Notes under the pieces: generated by a model
The model's database searches: none
What the model saw: the letters and a program-made list of their open reading frames with translations, nothing else
What the model was told of the DNA's origin: nothing
Source: Camelus ferus
Taxonomy: Eukaryota
Direction of reading: 5' to 3'
Length of the DNA stretch: 64,000 bases
Assembly (NCBI RefSeq): GCF_009834535.1
Contig: NC_045697.1
Coordinates: forward strand, 95,296,001-95,360,000
Position numbers and translations under genes: made by a program
Shown here: piece after piece, positions 40,901 through 53,489 of the stretch
Layout of the letters: the number at the start of each line of letters is the position of its first letter
Position numbering within the stretch: position 1 is the first letter of the stretch

Positions 40901-41301
40901 TATTTCAATATTTGACTTTGTTTAGAACCAAGAAAACACTGTTTCAAACACATAATAATAGAAAATATTTACTTTTAATAACTCAAAATGTTTGTAAAAT
41001 TTTAATTAAATACTAATCAAAATAGCTGAAAGAATACTAGAATATGTTTGCTTTTAGATGAATTATGGATCATATTTAGTAATTATTTCCATTCTTTACA
41101 TAATTATTAAAGTAAAACAACTGTAAACAACTATGAAACTATATGTAATGTGATGCTGTTGTTACAGGACATGCTGTTTACTGGGCAGCTGACAATTACT
41201 GTGATGATGTTACAGAAAAAGTTATATAAACTATATTTATTTGATTGAAGTACGTATATGTTGTACTATATGTTGTCAAAGCTTGGGTCTAAAAGAAACA
41301 C

Positions 41302-42034
41302 AACCATGAAGTTTTTAAAATTTTTTTTTAATTGAAGTATAGTCAGTTTACAATGTTGTGTCAATTTCTGGTGTTCAACATAATGTCCCATCATGCATAT
41401 ATACAGATACTCATTTTCATATTCTTTTTCATCAAAGGTTATTATAAGATATTGAATATAGTTCCCTGTGCTATACAGTATAAATTTGTTGTTTATCTAT
41501 TTTATATATAGTAGTTAGTATCTGCAAATCTCGAACTCCCAGTTTATCCCTTCCCTTACCCACTGGTAACCATGTTTGTTTTCTATGTCTGTGAGTCTGT
41601 TGTTTTGTTTTGTATTAAGTTCATTTGTCTTTTTTCTTAAATTCCACATATAAGTGATATCATATGGTATTTTTCTTTCTCTTTCTGGCTTTCTTCACTT
41701 AGAATGACGATCTTCAGGCCCATCCATGTTACTGCAAATGGTATTATTTTATTCTTTTTTATGGCTGAGTAGTAGTCTATGGTATAAATATACCACAGCT
41801 TTTTTATCCAATCATCTGTTGATGGACATTTAGGTAGCTTCCATGTCTTAGCTATTGTGTATAGTGCTGGTATGAGCATTGGGGTGCATGTATCTTTTTG
41901 AATTAAGGTTCCCTCTGGGTATATGCCCAGGAGTGGGATTGATGGATCATATGGTAAGCCTATTTTTAGTTATTTTAGGAGTCTCCATACTGTTTTCCAT
42001 AATGGCTGCACCAAACTACTAACCATTAAGTTTT
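41302..42034 (-). mobile_element. Lineage-specific L1, 5'-truncated, with 14-bp TSD
   Basis: Minus ORF 41637-41879 is the ORF2 end (IAKTWKLPKCPSTDDWIKKLWYIYT..YYSAIKKN). Poly(T) at 41321-41329. Direct repeat AACCAT(G/T)AAGTTTT at 41302-41315 and 42021-42034. Confidence 0.95.
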
Positions 42035-44609
42035 AGACCAATGATATTTATATAGGAATTTAAAACATATGCAGAGAAAGGAAAAGCCATATCCTTAGAA
42101 ATGCAAAAAATGTTAATCTGATAGTACAAATTAATATATTTATGGTATCCAATTCAATATATATCCAGAATGTGAGTAATGTTAGTGTGTGCATGTTACT
42201 GGTGCTGGAGGTAACAACTTTAAGTAGTTAAGTATATTTAGATGTTAACATTTAAATCAAATAGACTACACCAAAAAATTAGCAGAAACACCTTTTTAGC
42301 ACTTTTAAGAGGAAAATGTAATAACGTCCTGAAAATAAAGGAATAGACATACCCCAAAATGCATTTATTCATCAAGGTCACTACTAAGATATAGACTGAA
42401 AGAATTAAACACATCTCTAATCACATAATTTTTGACTGAAGAGTGACTTAAGCAGCGGGTAGAATAATGTCCTGCATTAATTTTTTATTTCTTTCAAGCA
42501 AAGTATGGATATTTAATTGACATAAGTGCTGGTGATATAATTTTGTGTCTTATCCCATAATAAAGCTACAAAAGTCAATACCTTTAAGTTTGGGAGACCC
42601 CCTCATCTTAAAATTTTATTGCCCATTAACCACTAATGTTTGCTTGTCAGTACACTTTGACACCTCGCCCTTGGTCTCCTCTTTCATTTCTACCAATTTC
42701 CTTTCTTATACACTCTGCTGCACACAAGTCCACCTCTCTGGTGACCTCATTGCTTTTTCCTGCTTTTGCTTGCAGTGTTATTGTCCTCCATGACTTTGCT
42801 CCCTTAATAATCTTTATTTAACCACCATAATAACTCTCTTTTGGGATAATATAGTTTACTAGTTATAAATACATATGAGTGAATGACTTTCAACTATTTT
42901 GAAGTACAAGGAAAACATGTGACACCATAAACCCTGAAAGCAAAATTTGTAAATATTATTATACTTTATCATCTCACCACAAAAATTAATACTTATAGCC
43001 ATAAGCCACCACTTTGTGAAAGCATCTAGTTTTATCCTCATGACAATTACTAGAGTTGTTGATTGATTTTTACATAATTTATTACAAAATTTATTAATGA
43101 GTTCAGAATCTCAAAATATAAATAAAACAACTCTGAAAGCCACCTACATGTAAAGAAACAGAAAACAGATTATAGTGTTGACATGAACTCAAAGTTAATT
43201 TTAGAAAAGTGTAACTTTCCCTAAAACTTTAGATGTTAGATGCCTTTTAAAAACAATTTTAATTAGAGTTATTAATTATTTTATCTTTCTTTCATGATTA
43301 TATACTTTACTTTTCACAATTATATATTTTAATTCCTAGTGAGACTGACAAATCAATATAAAGGAACCACTATTCACTACTCACTAAGCTGCTTACAACA
43401 CGTACAGAATAACACCCATGGTGTTCTGAAGGGCTTTCTTTCCTTCTTAGGTATTCTTTGTACTAGAAATTAGTTTCTATTTTAATTTTTATTCTCATTT
43501 AAAGAATGTATTCTGTAAGATCTCTACTTTTCCACTCTATATTAGTTATCCATAATTACTCATAAAGCAAAGTGAATGGAGTTTTTTTTTAAGTAAAATT
43601 TTGGAAAAATATGGAACTTCTAAAGATTGCAACTGGTTATTTTATATTTACTGTGAATCCTATGTGTAACTGGAAAATATTGCATTAAAAACATCAATCT
43701 CAATTATTATGCTGTTAAAATTAGTGGTAGTAGAAGCCTAAAAATCAGTTTTTTTTCATACAACCAACATTTATTCATTCAATTTTGGCAATTATTAGAT
43801 ACATATTCTATATTTTTATTAAAATAATTTCAATCGGCTCACCTAATGCTACCAGCTAGTTTATATTCTACAAAATATCCCTCCTATTTATAGTAATGAA
43901 ATTTGAATTCTTGTATTTTAAATTGTAGTTATATGCACAGGTCAAAAAACCTTATCACTGAAAATTCCTTATGTTGTCACCAAAGCTTTCTTACATTCTC
44001 TAAGACTTTTATAAAGAAAACCTATACTGGGAAGATAAGGAAGCTCATTGTGTTTTCTAGTTAGAGCTGCTACACAGAGCTGCGATCTGTTATCCACCTG
44101 AGAGCCATGAATGTGCGGAAACAGCTTTACCCTGCCATGTCCTATAATTACGTAATAAAAAAGCCAAGTTACTTCAGCACATAAAATGGTTTAAAGTGAT
44201 TAATTTTCTGAAAGCTTAAATTGAAGGTGCATGAGAATCATTAAGGTCATGCTTGACCTGAGTTTGTGAAAATACATTACTGTCCTTCTCATACATCTCT
44301 TAAAATCTAGCACTTTTTGTGAATATTCTTTTTAATTATTAAGAACCACAGGTATATCTGTATAGCTATATGTATTCCAACTCACCACATGAAATATACT
44401 TTTTTGCACAAAAGTTTTTGTACGTTCTCTCAGGACTACTCATACCTTTTAAGTGATTCTTCATTAGAAAACAGAAAAAAAAGATTCTTCAATGGTATAA
44501 TATTAAATCATTATGAGTTATTAAACATTGCTAATACCTCTAGACACTGTGTGAGATATTGTTAGAATATAGCATCTAGGTTTTTATCCTTCACCCTTTT
44601 AGTTGTAGT

Positions 44610-45110
44610 TGGGCGGAAGAGCTGACTGAGCCTGACAAAGTGGGTGCTACTACCCGTTCCTCAACAGCTAATACTCTTAATCACGACTCTGAGCACTGAT
44701 GTTAGGTCTCGGTCTCTGTTCATACAGTCGCTGAACACTACTCGAACCTCCTGGCCCACGTTCTCACTTCCTTCGTTGCCAAAGCATCACTGAAAAGTAC
44801 GGCTGTATGCAATAGATCATTACTAAATTTTGGCAGTAAAAGAAAGTTATTGTAAGGCAGGTAGAAACCAATTTCAAACTGAAAGCATGTATCACTGTTC
44901 CTAAAGTCTCGGTGGTCACGCCATGATGGGAAAGGGAAGGAAGCTCAACATACACCAGCACGGCAGCCTTCACCCCGCCCCTACCAGCCCTCTGCCGCTC
45001 CCACCTCACCTCAGCTTCTTCCCAATCTTTCTTCAAGGATACCTACTCTATTTTCAAAGCATCCCCTGTCAAGCGCAAAATCCCTCTTACATCACTTTAC
45101 AGAGCGATTT
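44610..45110. promoter_or_regulatory. Local CpG-enriched block with GC boxes (candidate promoter/enhancer)
   Basis: About 16 CpGs counted in ~500 bp, in an otherwise strongly CpG-depleted window. GGGCGGAAG at 44611-44619 and CACCCCGCCCC at 44971-44981. No repeat recognised. Confidence 0.35.
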
Positions 45111-47854
45111 AATTCTTAGTTATCTAAATACCTCCCAGGTAGCTATTAGCAAACTGGTCTTGTGCCTTGCCTTTCATCACCAAAGAGGCCAATAATGATT
45201 TTTTGTTTTATTCCCAGCAAAGATTAATTTTCTTTCTATGAATGATACTGCCACCCTCTCAGAGTAAGTCATTTAAACTGCAAGCAACTTTTTAAAATAA
45301 CATTTTTCTTTTCCTTTTCCCACTAACCTGGTCAGCATAGAGCATTCAGTCAAAACCTGATATATTCATTTGCTAACATTACACTGTCATGACAGTGTGT
45401 ACCCTTTTCAAACACTGAAAAGAGTGATCTCATATTAAAATGTGTGATTAGGTTTTTCTCAAAGGGACACTTAAATACTCTTTTTTCATATTGTGGAATA
45501 CAGTCAACCTAAATGAAACATGTTCAACATTGAACTCTTGATGTATTCAGTGATATCACCATTTATATTTGTATCCACACATGTTACTTGAAATGTAACT
45601 AGATCTATCAATGAAATATAACTGGCTTTATCTGTGTGTGTTTGGTTAATAATACGAACTTACACTAAAATGAGAAAGTGAAATAACATATTTAACAACA
45701 ACTTAATAACATTTTTATATATAAAGGTATTTTCTCCAAGAAACAGGTGCTATATCTGCCTTTCAATATTTATCATGAAGTTCACATGTAGACTTTTATT
45801 TGTTAATTTTGTCACAAATGACAAGCACACACACTCTCTTTGTTTTTCTTCTCTCCAGCTGACCTATAAAAATGTTTGCCAAAATAGGAGGGTACTGTTA
45901 ATGAAGATTCTGACAGCTGCATCATAACATTAATTTTCCACTTCTAATTGTTTTTGTTTTGACAATTTTTGTAGTTCTTTTTTAGTCTAATACTCAAATA
46001 AACTTTACTGATTGGCACCATCGCATGCCAGGCATATCTGAATTAAGATAAAAAGAGAATTATTCATAACAATATCACAGAGGTCATTAATTAATCCTAT
46101 TTTTTATTAACAAGGCAGACAAGCAAATTCATGGAAGACTGCATTAGTGGAGAGGTGCTAATTGAAAGATTACTGGCGTGATGGCAACTTTTAAACATCA
46201 AAACTTAAAGAAGCCAAAAGTGATAGAATTCCTGAAGAGTGTCATTATAGTTGAAGACCAAAAGTACTTAGTACATCAGAACCACATCAAGTAAATAAAA
46301 AGGACAAAAAAGTAGAAATGAGTCATAAGAAAACACATTTTCACTCAGTTGCTACATAAAACTTTCCACATGGTAAAAATGTTGGATTGGAAGCAATCCA
46401 GTAAACCCAACTTTTTACTCAGTGTTCAAAATTTATATTGTCATTGTGATTCGACACCTATTAGCATAAAGTTTAGGAATAATATAACTAATATTCAAAA
46501 TGAGTAACCTACATTAATTTTTCTGATTTCCCAGATAATTAAAATATACTGAAGAGTTACACAAATTCATTAAAACACAGTGCACTTTCCATCGGTCTAA
46601 GAAAATTATCATTGACCAGGAACAGTATCTAAAATGTTACCTTTAAAATACAAAAGACAATTTGTGGCACCAGTAAAGGCTCCATCCTTCATCTATTGAT
46701 AAAAAGAATATTAGGCATTCTAATTATTAAGCAAAATTGAAAGGGAGAGATGTATGTATGTAGTATGGCAAAGTCCCATGAACTTTTTCTTCTTTTTTTT
46801 TTTTAATGTTTTGCTTTTCTTTTATAAGAAAAAAAAAAAAGCAGAGAATTTCCAAATCTTGGAAAAATCACACAGAGGATAATAACCATATCAGGGCAAA
46901 ATTCTAGCATGCATTTAAAATTTAAAAAGACAAAACCGTATTCATTCAAATCATATTGAGCCCTACCAAATATATTGACATAGGCAGAATTATTTTATAT
47001 GTGGAAGTTTCACTTTCTCACAAAAAAAAAAAAAAAAAAAAAGGCAGTCAATTAACATTCTACCAAGCTAGTTTCAGTGTTCTTCATTAGCTAACTTTCA
47101 ATTCTCCATATCAAACCTGTCTTTCTGCTAAAGGTCTCTGTCAGCTGAGTAATCCACTTAAAACAATTAGCATTCTGCTGGTATTAGAACAAGGTGTGTA
47201 AAACAGAGATATAACTAGAGACTCATCAACATGATTGGGATTCCTTAAAAGTAAGTGTACCTGGGTCAATATATTCTGCAGTTCCAACAACATTTCAGGT
47301 TAAATACAGCCACAGACTGCACTGTGTTACTTCTACATTCTCTATAAACAAATATATTTTTGTCGTGGTCACTCCATACTTTTTCAAAAGAGCAGTCAAG
47401 TATTCCTCTCTTTTTTTAACTTCATAATCCTTAAAGGAAATTTCCCTACAATTATATTTAAAGGACAATTATTCCCGTTTCCTCTACTCAGAAAGATGTT
47501 TATTAGGTGCCGATTATGGATGAGATGCTGCTTTGCACCTTCACACATTATTTTCTTTAACTGTGACAACAAATCCATGAGGGAGAGACTGTTTATCTTC
47601 TTATTTCAAGTTTCAAACTGTGTGTGCACTGCAGCTCTTCTCAAAAGTGAAGCATCTGTGATATTGGATAATGTTGTCTGTTTCATCATTCAGTGATCTA
47701 GCAACTATAACATATCCTCTGTTATCTGATGAGTTTTAATGAACACTACACACAAAGTCCCACTGAAAAAAGGGAAGATGTGGCCTTGAGCGTTCTTTCC
47801 ACTTGCTCAATATTACCTCCTGAGACCCCAAAGGCTGAATCAGAAAGAAGTAAT

Positions 47855-48235
47855 TCAGGATTTTTTTAATTCAACACATATTTACTCTATTTCTATGTTT
47901 TAGGTACTGTTACCGACTGACTCTTGGAAAATTAGCCAAAAGAGCAAAATTTCTGGCCCTCATGGGTCTTATCATTTAATGGAGGAGCCATCTTCCCTAT
48001 CTTTACTCCATCAGTCACCATGTACAGTCAGTTGTGTACACAGCAAGCATCACTTGGGAGGGCTAATGATCAGGTGACAAATGGAGCAGACAAGGTTTCT
48101 TCTTTCAGATAAGTTATAATCTAGTGGGATGACAGAATATAAACAAAAATAAGCAAATTACTGGGGCATGGAATGTGTTCATCTTGTTCGTCATTGTATA
48201 CTCAGTGCCTAGATTGTACTGCCACTGTTACTAGA
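47855..48235. mobile_element. L2 3'-end relics in both orientations
   Basis: 'attcaacacatatttactctatttctatgttttaggtactgtt...ggccctcatgggtcttatcattt' (-) and 'gttcatcttgttcgtcattgtatactcagtgcctag' (+). Confidence 0.6.
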
Positions 48236-48377
48236 GAACAAAGAAGTAATCTACTGCAAACAACAAATTTTTAAAAAATTAACAAAAATTCTTATTAGAT
48301 ATTTTTATTCTCACAAGTTTCTCTTCCATGATCATATGTCAGATCTTTTACCAAATAGATCCCTCACTCTTACTCTC

Positions 48378-48645
48378 CAATGTTCTCTTAGATCAGTCTA
48401 CCTAGGCAATAGAAGTAAAAGCAAAACTAAACAAATAGGACATAATTAAACTTACAAGGTTTTGCATAGCAAAGGAAGCCATTAGCAAAACAAAAAGACA
48501 ACCTACAGAATGGGAGAAAATATTTGCAAAAGATGAGACTGACAAGGGCTTAATTTCCAGAATATATAAACAGCTCATACACCTTAATAAGAAAAAAACA
48601 AACAACTCAATGCAAAAAAAAAAAACAAAAAAAACAAAAAAAAAA
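48378..48645 (+). mobile_element. Young L1 ORF2 internal fragment ending in an A-rich tail
   Basis: 'aaaacaaaaagacaacctacagaatgggagaaaatatttgcaaaagatgagactgacaagggcttaatttccagaatatataaacagctcatac' is nearly identical to the reverse complement of ~61830-61925. A-rich run at 48614-48645. Confidence 0.92.
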
Positions 48646-48936
48646 CCTGCTAAATATTACCTACCATTACCTAGGTACAACCCAGGTAAGAGGAGAGACC
48701 ACGTGGAGATTTCAGTTTCCAGGACAAATGCCCAACAGCTGTACTCACAATGAAACTCTTTTGGGGATGGGTGTTGGATGGGAAGAGGTGGTGGTGTGGC
48801 TGAGAAATATTTTGGTTATGACTTAGAAAGGAAAATGAAAAAGCACAGTAGTTATTTTACCTGGCATCTAAGTCTCTTTTGACTTATAACTCAAACTACT
48901 CAAATAAACCAAACTACCCAAACTACAATCTCACAT

Positions 48937-49190
48937 CAGTGTCCTTAAAATTTTTGGCCTCAAGACCCCTTTAACATCTTAGAAAATTGTTAACCCCAAA
49001 GCTTTTGTTTATTTGGTTATATTTATTGGCATTTATCAAATTAGAAATTAAAATTAAGAGACTTTTAATACACAGAAATATGCAGACACATTTTTATTAG
49101 CCTCATAAGCAATCACATTATTTCACGTCATGCAGAATTTAAACTTACTGCTGTATACTTGTAAAAGGTTTAATTACTAAAATTTAACCT
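48937..49190 (+). mobile_element. hAT-Charlie non-autonomous element (MER102/MER119-like), truncated
   Basis: Terminus 'cagtgtccttaaaatttttggcctcaagacccctttaacatcttagaaaattgttaaccccaaagcttttgtttat'. Confidence 0.7.
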
Positions 49191-49199
49191 AAAATCAGA

Positions 49200-49900
49200 T
49201 ATTTCTTCCAGAATTGAATGTCACCCTACTTTGTACTTCTTTAAGATTTCCAAGGCTATTCTTGGCCTATTTTACTTGTGTACACATTATTGAAACATCT
49301 TGTTAATTTCCACAGAGAAAAATATCCTATTGGATTTAAAATTTAGTATGTTCAATCTGTAAATAAATAGATTCCTTAACAATACTGAGTCTTCCAAGCC
49401 ATGAAGATGCTTTATTTATTTATTTTGGTTTTCTTTAGTTTTTCCTATTTATGTGCTTTCAATGTAGAACCGTTTTACATATTCCATTAGATTTATCCTA
49501 GTTTTTTAGGGCAAATAATTTTTAAGTGGCAAATTATTAGTATAATCTCTATTTCTTTATCTATAATTGCTAAAAAGAATCTGATTTTTATAAACTGATC
49601 TCGTTTCCAGGAACTCTGCTAAATTCATTCATTAATTCTAATAGTCTGTATGACTCTTTTATACCTTATAGGTATATAGTCTTGCTGTTTTCAGGTAATA
49701 ATATTTTTTTCTTCTCTTTTAATTCTTTTCAATTGTATTACTTTTTAAATTGCTCTTGCTATTTTCATCAGGTTTGTTTGCTGTTCTTTTTCTAGCATTA
49801 ATTTTCATCTTAAAAAAATATGTTCACTAATACTATAGAATTCTTTCTAAGCACATTTTAAATACATGTCAAATATGTAATATAGTTTCTTTTCCTTAGC
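49200..49900 (-). mobile_element. Ancient L1 (L1ME-like) ORF2 relic
   Basis: 'ttaacaatactgagtcttccaagccatgaa...attagatttatccta...ctctgctaaattcattcattaattctaatagt' is antisense L1 ORF2 text. Confidence 0.7.
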
Positions 49901-50008
49901 ATCCAGTGGTGTTGCAGTCTTCTTCCTTTGAGTCGAGTCTGCTCATATATTTAGCAGCATCAAATTTAAGCAGAATTTCCCTTTCCTTCCAATTTTTGAC
50001 AAGCTGTT

Positions 50009-50132
50009 TTTTGGGGGAGGGGTATTAGGTTTATTTTATTTATTTGTCTATTTTAATGGAAGTTCTGGAGATTGAAACCAGGACCTCGTGCATGCTAAGC
50101 AGACACTCTGCCACCGACCTAAACCCTCCCCC
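50009..50132 (-). mobile_element. tRNA-derived SINE (camelid Vic-1-like)
   Basis: Reverse complement GGGGAGGGTTTAGGTCGGTGGCAGAGTGTCTGCTTAGCATGCACGAGGTCCTGGTTTCAATCTCCAG has degenerate A and B boxes, followed by an AT-rich tail. Imperfect TSD TGACAA(G/T)CT(G/A)TT at 49997-50008 and 50134-50145. Confidence 0.88.
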
Positions 50133-50139
50133 ATGACAA

Positions 50140-51960
50140 TCTATTATTAAATGTAAAATAGGGAATATTTATACTTGCTTCAATGCAAATATATTTGCAT
50201 CAGTTTTACCATTTTACTTAAGTGCTATTTGCTTGTCTTGTGTTTCTTTTTAGGCTTTCTTCTTTAGAATCTGCTGGTTTCAGTTTCCCTTTGCCAGGAC
50301 TGTCTATTCCCCCTAACAAAAATGTAATACAAATGACTGTATCTATCCTCTTCCCCAAGAAATAATATTCCTAAAATTTTAACTTACCACGCTCCCCAGC
50401 TTCACATTTTTGCTGTCCAATATTTTACTTCCTTGTTATTTTAAGCCCTGTAATATGTAATAATTTTTATAATTATTATTTTAGATGGTTTAGGCAAGCA
50501 TAAATAGATTTTTTTTTATTATCCTTTCCTCTTACTGCCTCTTTCAAATCCTCCTGAAACACATTCCTCAAAAGGCCCTACAATGGGTCTGTCAGTAGTA
50601 AAAACTCTCTATTTTTACATTTGAAATATGTCCTCATTTCTCCCTCGTGCGTCAATCTTAGCCTATTGGGCTTCAAATTATAAACTCTGTCACCTAGAAG
50701 TCATTACTTTTGTCTTAAATTGTTGCTGTTGGTAAATCAAAATAATTCTTTTTGTTGAAGATAAACTATTCTCAATGTGTTTTGTTATTGACAGGTTCAC
50801 CATGGTATTACTAGATGTTGATTTATTTTTCTGTAGCCTATGTGGGATGAGTTGTACTTCCTGAACCTTAAGTTGTATGTTTTCCATGTTGTCCTTAAAG
50901 TTTTCCAATGTCCTCAGCAAGTATCTTTTAGATATTGCTTCCCCCATTCACTCTATCCCCTCATTTTGGACTCTTTATATGATACATTTACAATGTCTTA
51001 TTCTAGTTGCCTTGAATCTTGACATCTCATTTATCTGTCTTTCTATACTGCATTATAGATAATCTTTTAGTTCTTGCACTAGATCAGTAATTGTTCAGCT
51101 GTGAACAATCAGATGTTTAAAACTTTGGTTGAGTCTTTAATTTAAATGTATGATATTTGTATTCCTAGAAGTCCTATTTTTGTCCTTATCTTGTTATTCA
51201 CATATAAATATGCTCTTCTCTTGATGTTAAATTCCATATAATTCCATATTTTATTATTTATATTATCTTAAATGTATTAATGATAAGGCTTAAATTATAT
51301 TATTTGCTTTTGATTTTCTATTTTCTGAATTTAGCTGACAGTGGCTTGATGCCTCATGTGTTTTGTTCACTTGTATTTTGAACTTATTGTGAACTAGATC
51401 AGAGTTAACCGTGTTTCAAACCTAGAAGGATTTGCTTTAATCCCTGCCAAGTTTAGACCCCATGGTTTTTTCATTGTGGCATCATTTTAAATGCTCAGAG
51501 TGAGTTTGCCAACACCATGAAGGCAACACACACTAAGCCTCTGTGATGACTGGCTTGTGGTTTTAAATCTTCAGGTAAAGTTTCCCCATATAAAGCCTAG
51601 GTTGGGATCAATTTTAGATATTGGGCAGATATTTTCACTCATTGAGTCTGTGACTGTTTGTGGTCCTGCTTCTCTTTAGGTTTAACTAAAATTCATTGCC
51701 TTATGAGGGTGCAGGCCTTATTTTCTGAACTTGGATGGCCAATAAAAGAAGGTTCTCAGTTACAGGCATGCGAAGCATTAATGCAATTTTACAATTCTGG
51801 TTTTCAGTCTCTCTCCAAAACCCAACCTCCTTCGGGTTTTATTCTTTTGTGAGCTCATTTCTTCACTGAAAGGATGTTGGTCATATTTTACCCAGGATCT
51901 CTAAAGCATTTCACAGCAGATGAGTTTCCAGAATACATAGGTCACCATCTTGCTGTGTCC
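50140..51960 (-). mobile_element. Ancient L1/HAL1 ORF1-region relic
   Basis: Minus ORF 50690-50947 (GEAISK...ENF..MENIQLKVQEVQLIPHRLQKNKST) resembles degenerate ORF1p. Boundaries approximate. Confidence 0.6.
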
Positions 51961-52324
51961 AATATAGCAACATTGTCAATATCGCTGTAGTCTCTGTTTG
52001 TGCATTTACGTACAGCATACATGTACATAGAAAAAATGGTCAATGCTTATGACAAACCATTGTGCAGCAAACATATTAATAAAAATTCCAATTAAATGAT
52101 TCACAACCAACCCTCTTTTAAGACCTGAGTTCTAGTTCCTGGTGCTACACCAGATTAACTTGCAGCTCCAGTTCTGTTGAAGTTTATTTCAGGAAAAACA
52201 ACAACAAGCAAATAAATATATTTTATTTTGGCAGGGCCAAGAATAATTATCCTTGAGTATGTCTCCAGGAATTTCACCTTCTATTCTAAAATGTTCCTCA
52301 AAGTATTCACTCAACAAAAAGCTG

Positions 52325-52408
52325 TATATATGTTTGTGGATATATATGTATACACACAAATATATATATATGTATACATATATAGACACATATGGATGTA
52401 TATGTATA
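52325..52408. repeat. (TA/TG/CA)n low-complexity tract
   Basis: Alternating purine-pyrimidine text abutting the MER2-type element. Confidence 0.8.
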
Positions 52409-52701
52409 CAGCTGACTCTTGTACAACAATTTTGAACTGCTTAAGTCCACGTATGTGCAGATTTTTTCGAATAAATATACATTCAACCCTCTGGATCTGT
52501 GGGTGTTGCATCCACAGAGTCAGCCAACCACAGATCGAATTTCAATTTGGAGTTGGTTAAAATCCAGGAGGCCATACCCACAGATATGGAGGGCCTAAAT
52601 GTAAAACGTCGTTTTATATAAGGGACTTGAGCATCCTTGTATTTTGGTATCTGTATGTGGTCCTAGAAACAATCCCCCTGTGTATACTGAGGGACAACTC
52701 T
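52409..52701. mobile_element. MER2/Tigger-derived (TcMar) non-autonomous DNA transposon
   Basis: Ends 'ta|cagctgactcttgtacaac' and 'tactgagggacaactc|ta', with TA target dinucleotides. Internal 'agggacttgagcatccttgtattttggtatc...tcctagaaacaatcccc'. Confidence 0.85.
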
Positions 52702-52874
52702 ATACACACACACACAATATTAGGAAATTATCCACAGTGTTGTGGAATTTTTTTTTACTTTCTGCTCAATTTTACAGAAAATTAATAATTTTGTTACTTA
52801 AATTGTGTGAAGACATTAAAAAATTGTTGTACTGCAATTGTCAAAACAATTACAAATGTTATCTCCATGTCTTC

Positions 52875-53480
52875 TTTTTAACTGTAATTTTTATTTTGAG
52901 ATAATTATAGATTCATATGCAGTTGAAAAACACACTAGATCCTGTGTACTCTTTACCCAGTTTCCACCATAGAAACAATAAAATATCTCTACCCGGGTGA
53001 CATTGATAGTGAAGGTATGAAACAGCTCCATCATCACAAGGATCCCATGTGTTGCTCTCTCCTTTTTTTGATCTTATTTCCAAATATAATATTCAGTCTT
53101 TCACCATCAGTATGATGTTATCTGTAGGAGTTTGTTTATTTATTGTGTAGATGTTCTTTCTAAAAATGAAGACCTTTGCCTCTGTTCTTACTTTGCTGAA
53201 AATGTTTGTCTTGTGTAAGTTTTAAATTTTTTAATATGCTTTTTATGCATCCACTGATACAACCACATGATTTTTTAACTTAGCCTGTTGATGTAATGGA
53301 TTACATTTACTGATTTTTGAATACTGAAGTAGCCTTACCTACCTGAAATAAATCTGACTTGGTCATGTGTATAATTGACAGTGGTGTATAATAATGCATA
53401 CTGCATAATTTGTGTGTGTGTATATTTATATATATATTCTGTCTAGTATTTTGTTGTGGTTCTCTCCTTGCACATTCATA
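52875..53480 (-). mobile_element. Old L1 (L1MC-like) fragments: 3' end and ORF2
   Basis: 'ttttattttgagataattatagattcatatgcagttg...ctttacccagtttcc' and 'attcagtctttcaccatcagtatgatgttatctgtagg...gatgtaatggattacatttactgattttt'. Confidence 0.8.
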
Positions 53481-53489
53481 AGAAATATT

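Noticed and set aside
52189..52560. Overlapping Y/I/H-rich ORFs on both strands
   Set aside because: Artefact of the TA/CA low-complexity tract and the adjacent MER2-type element.
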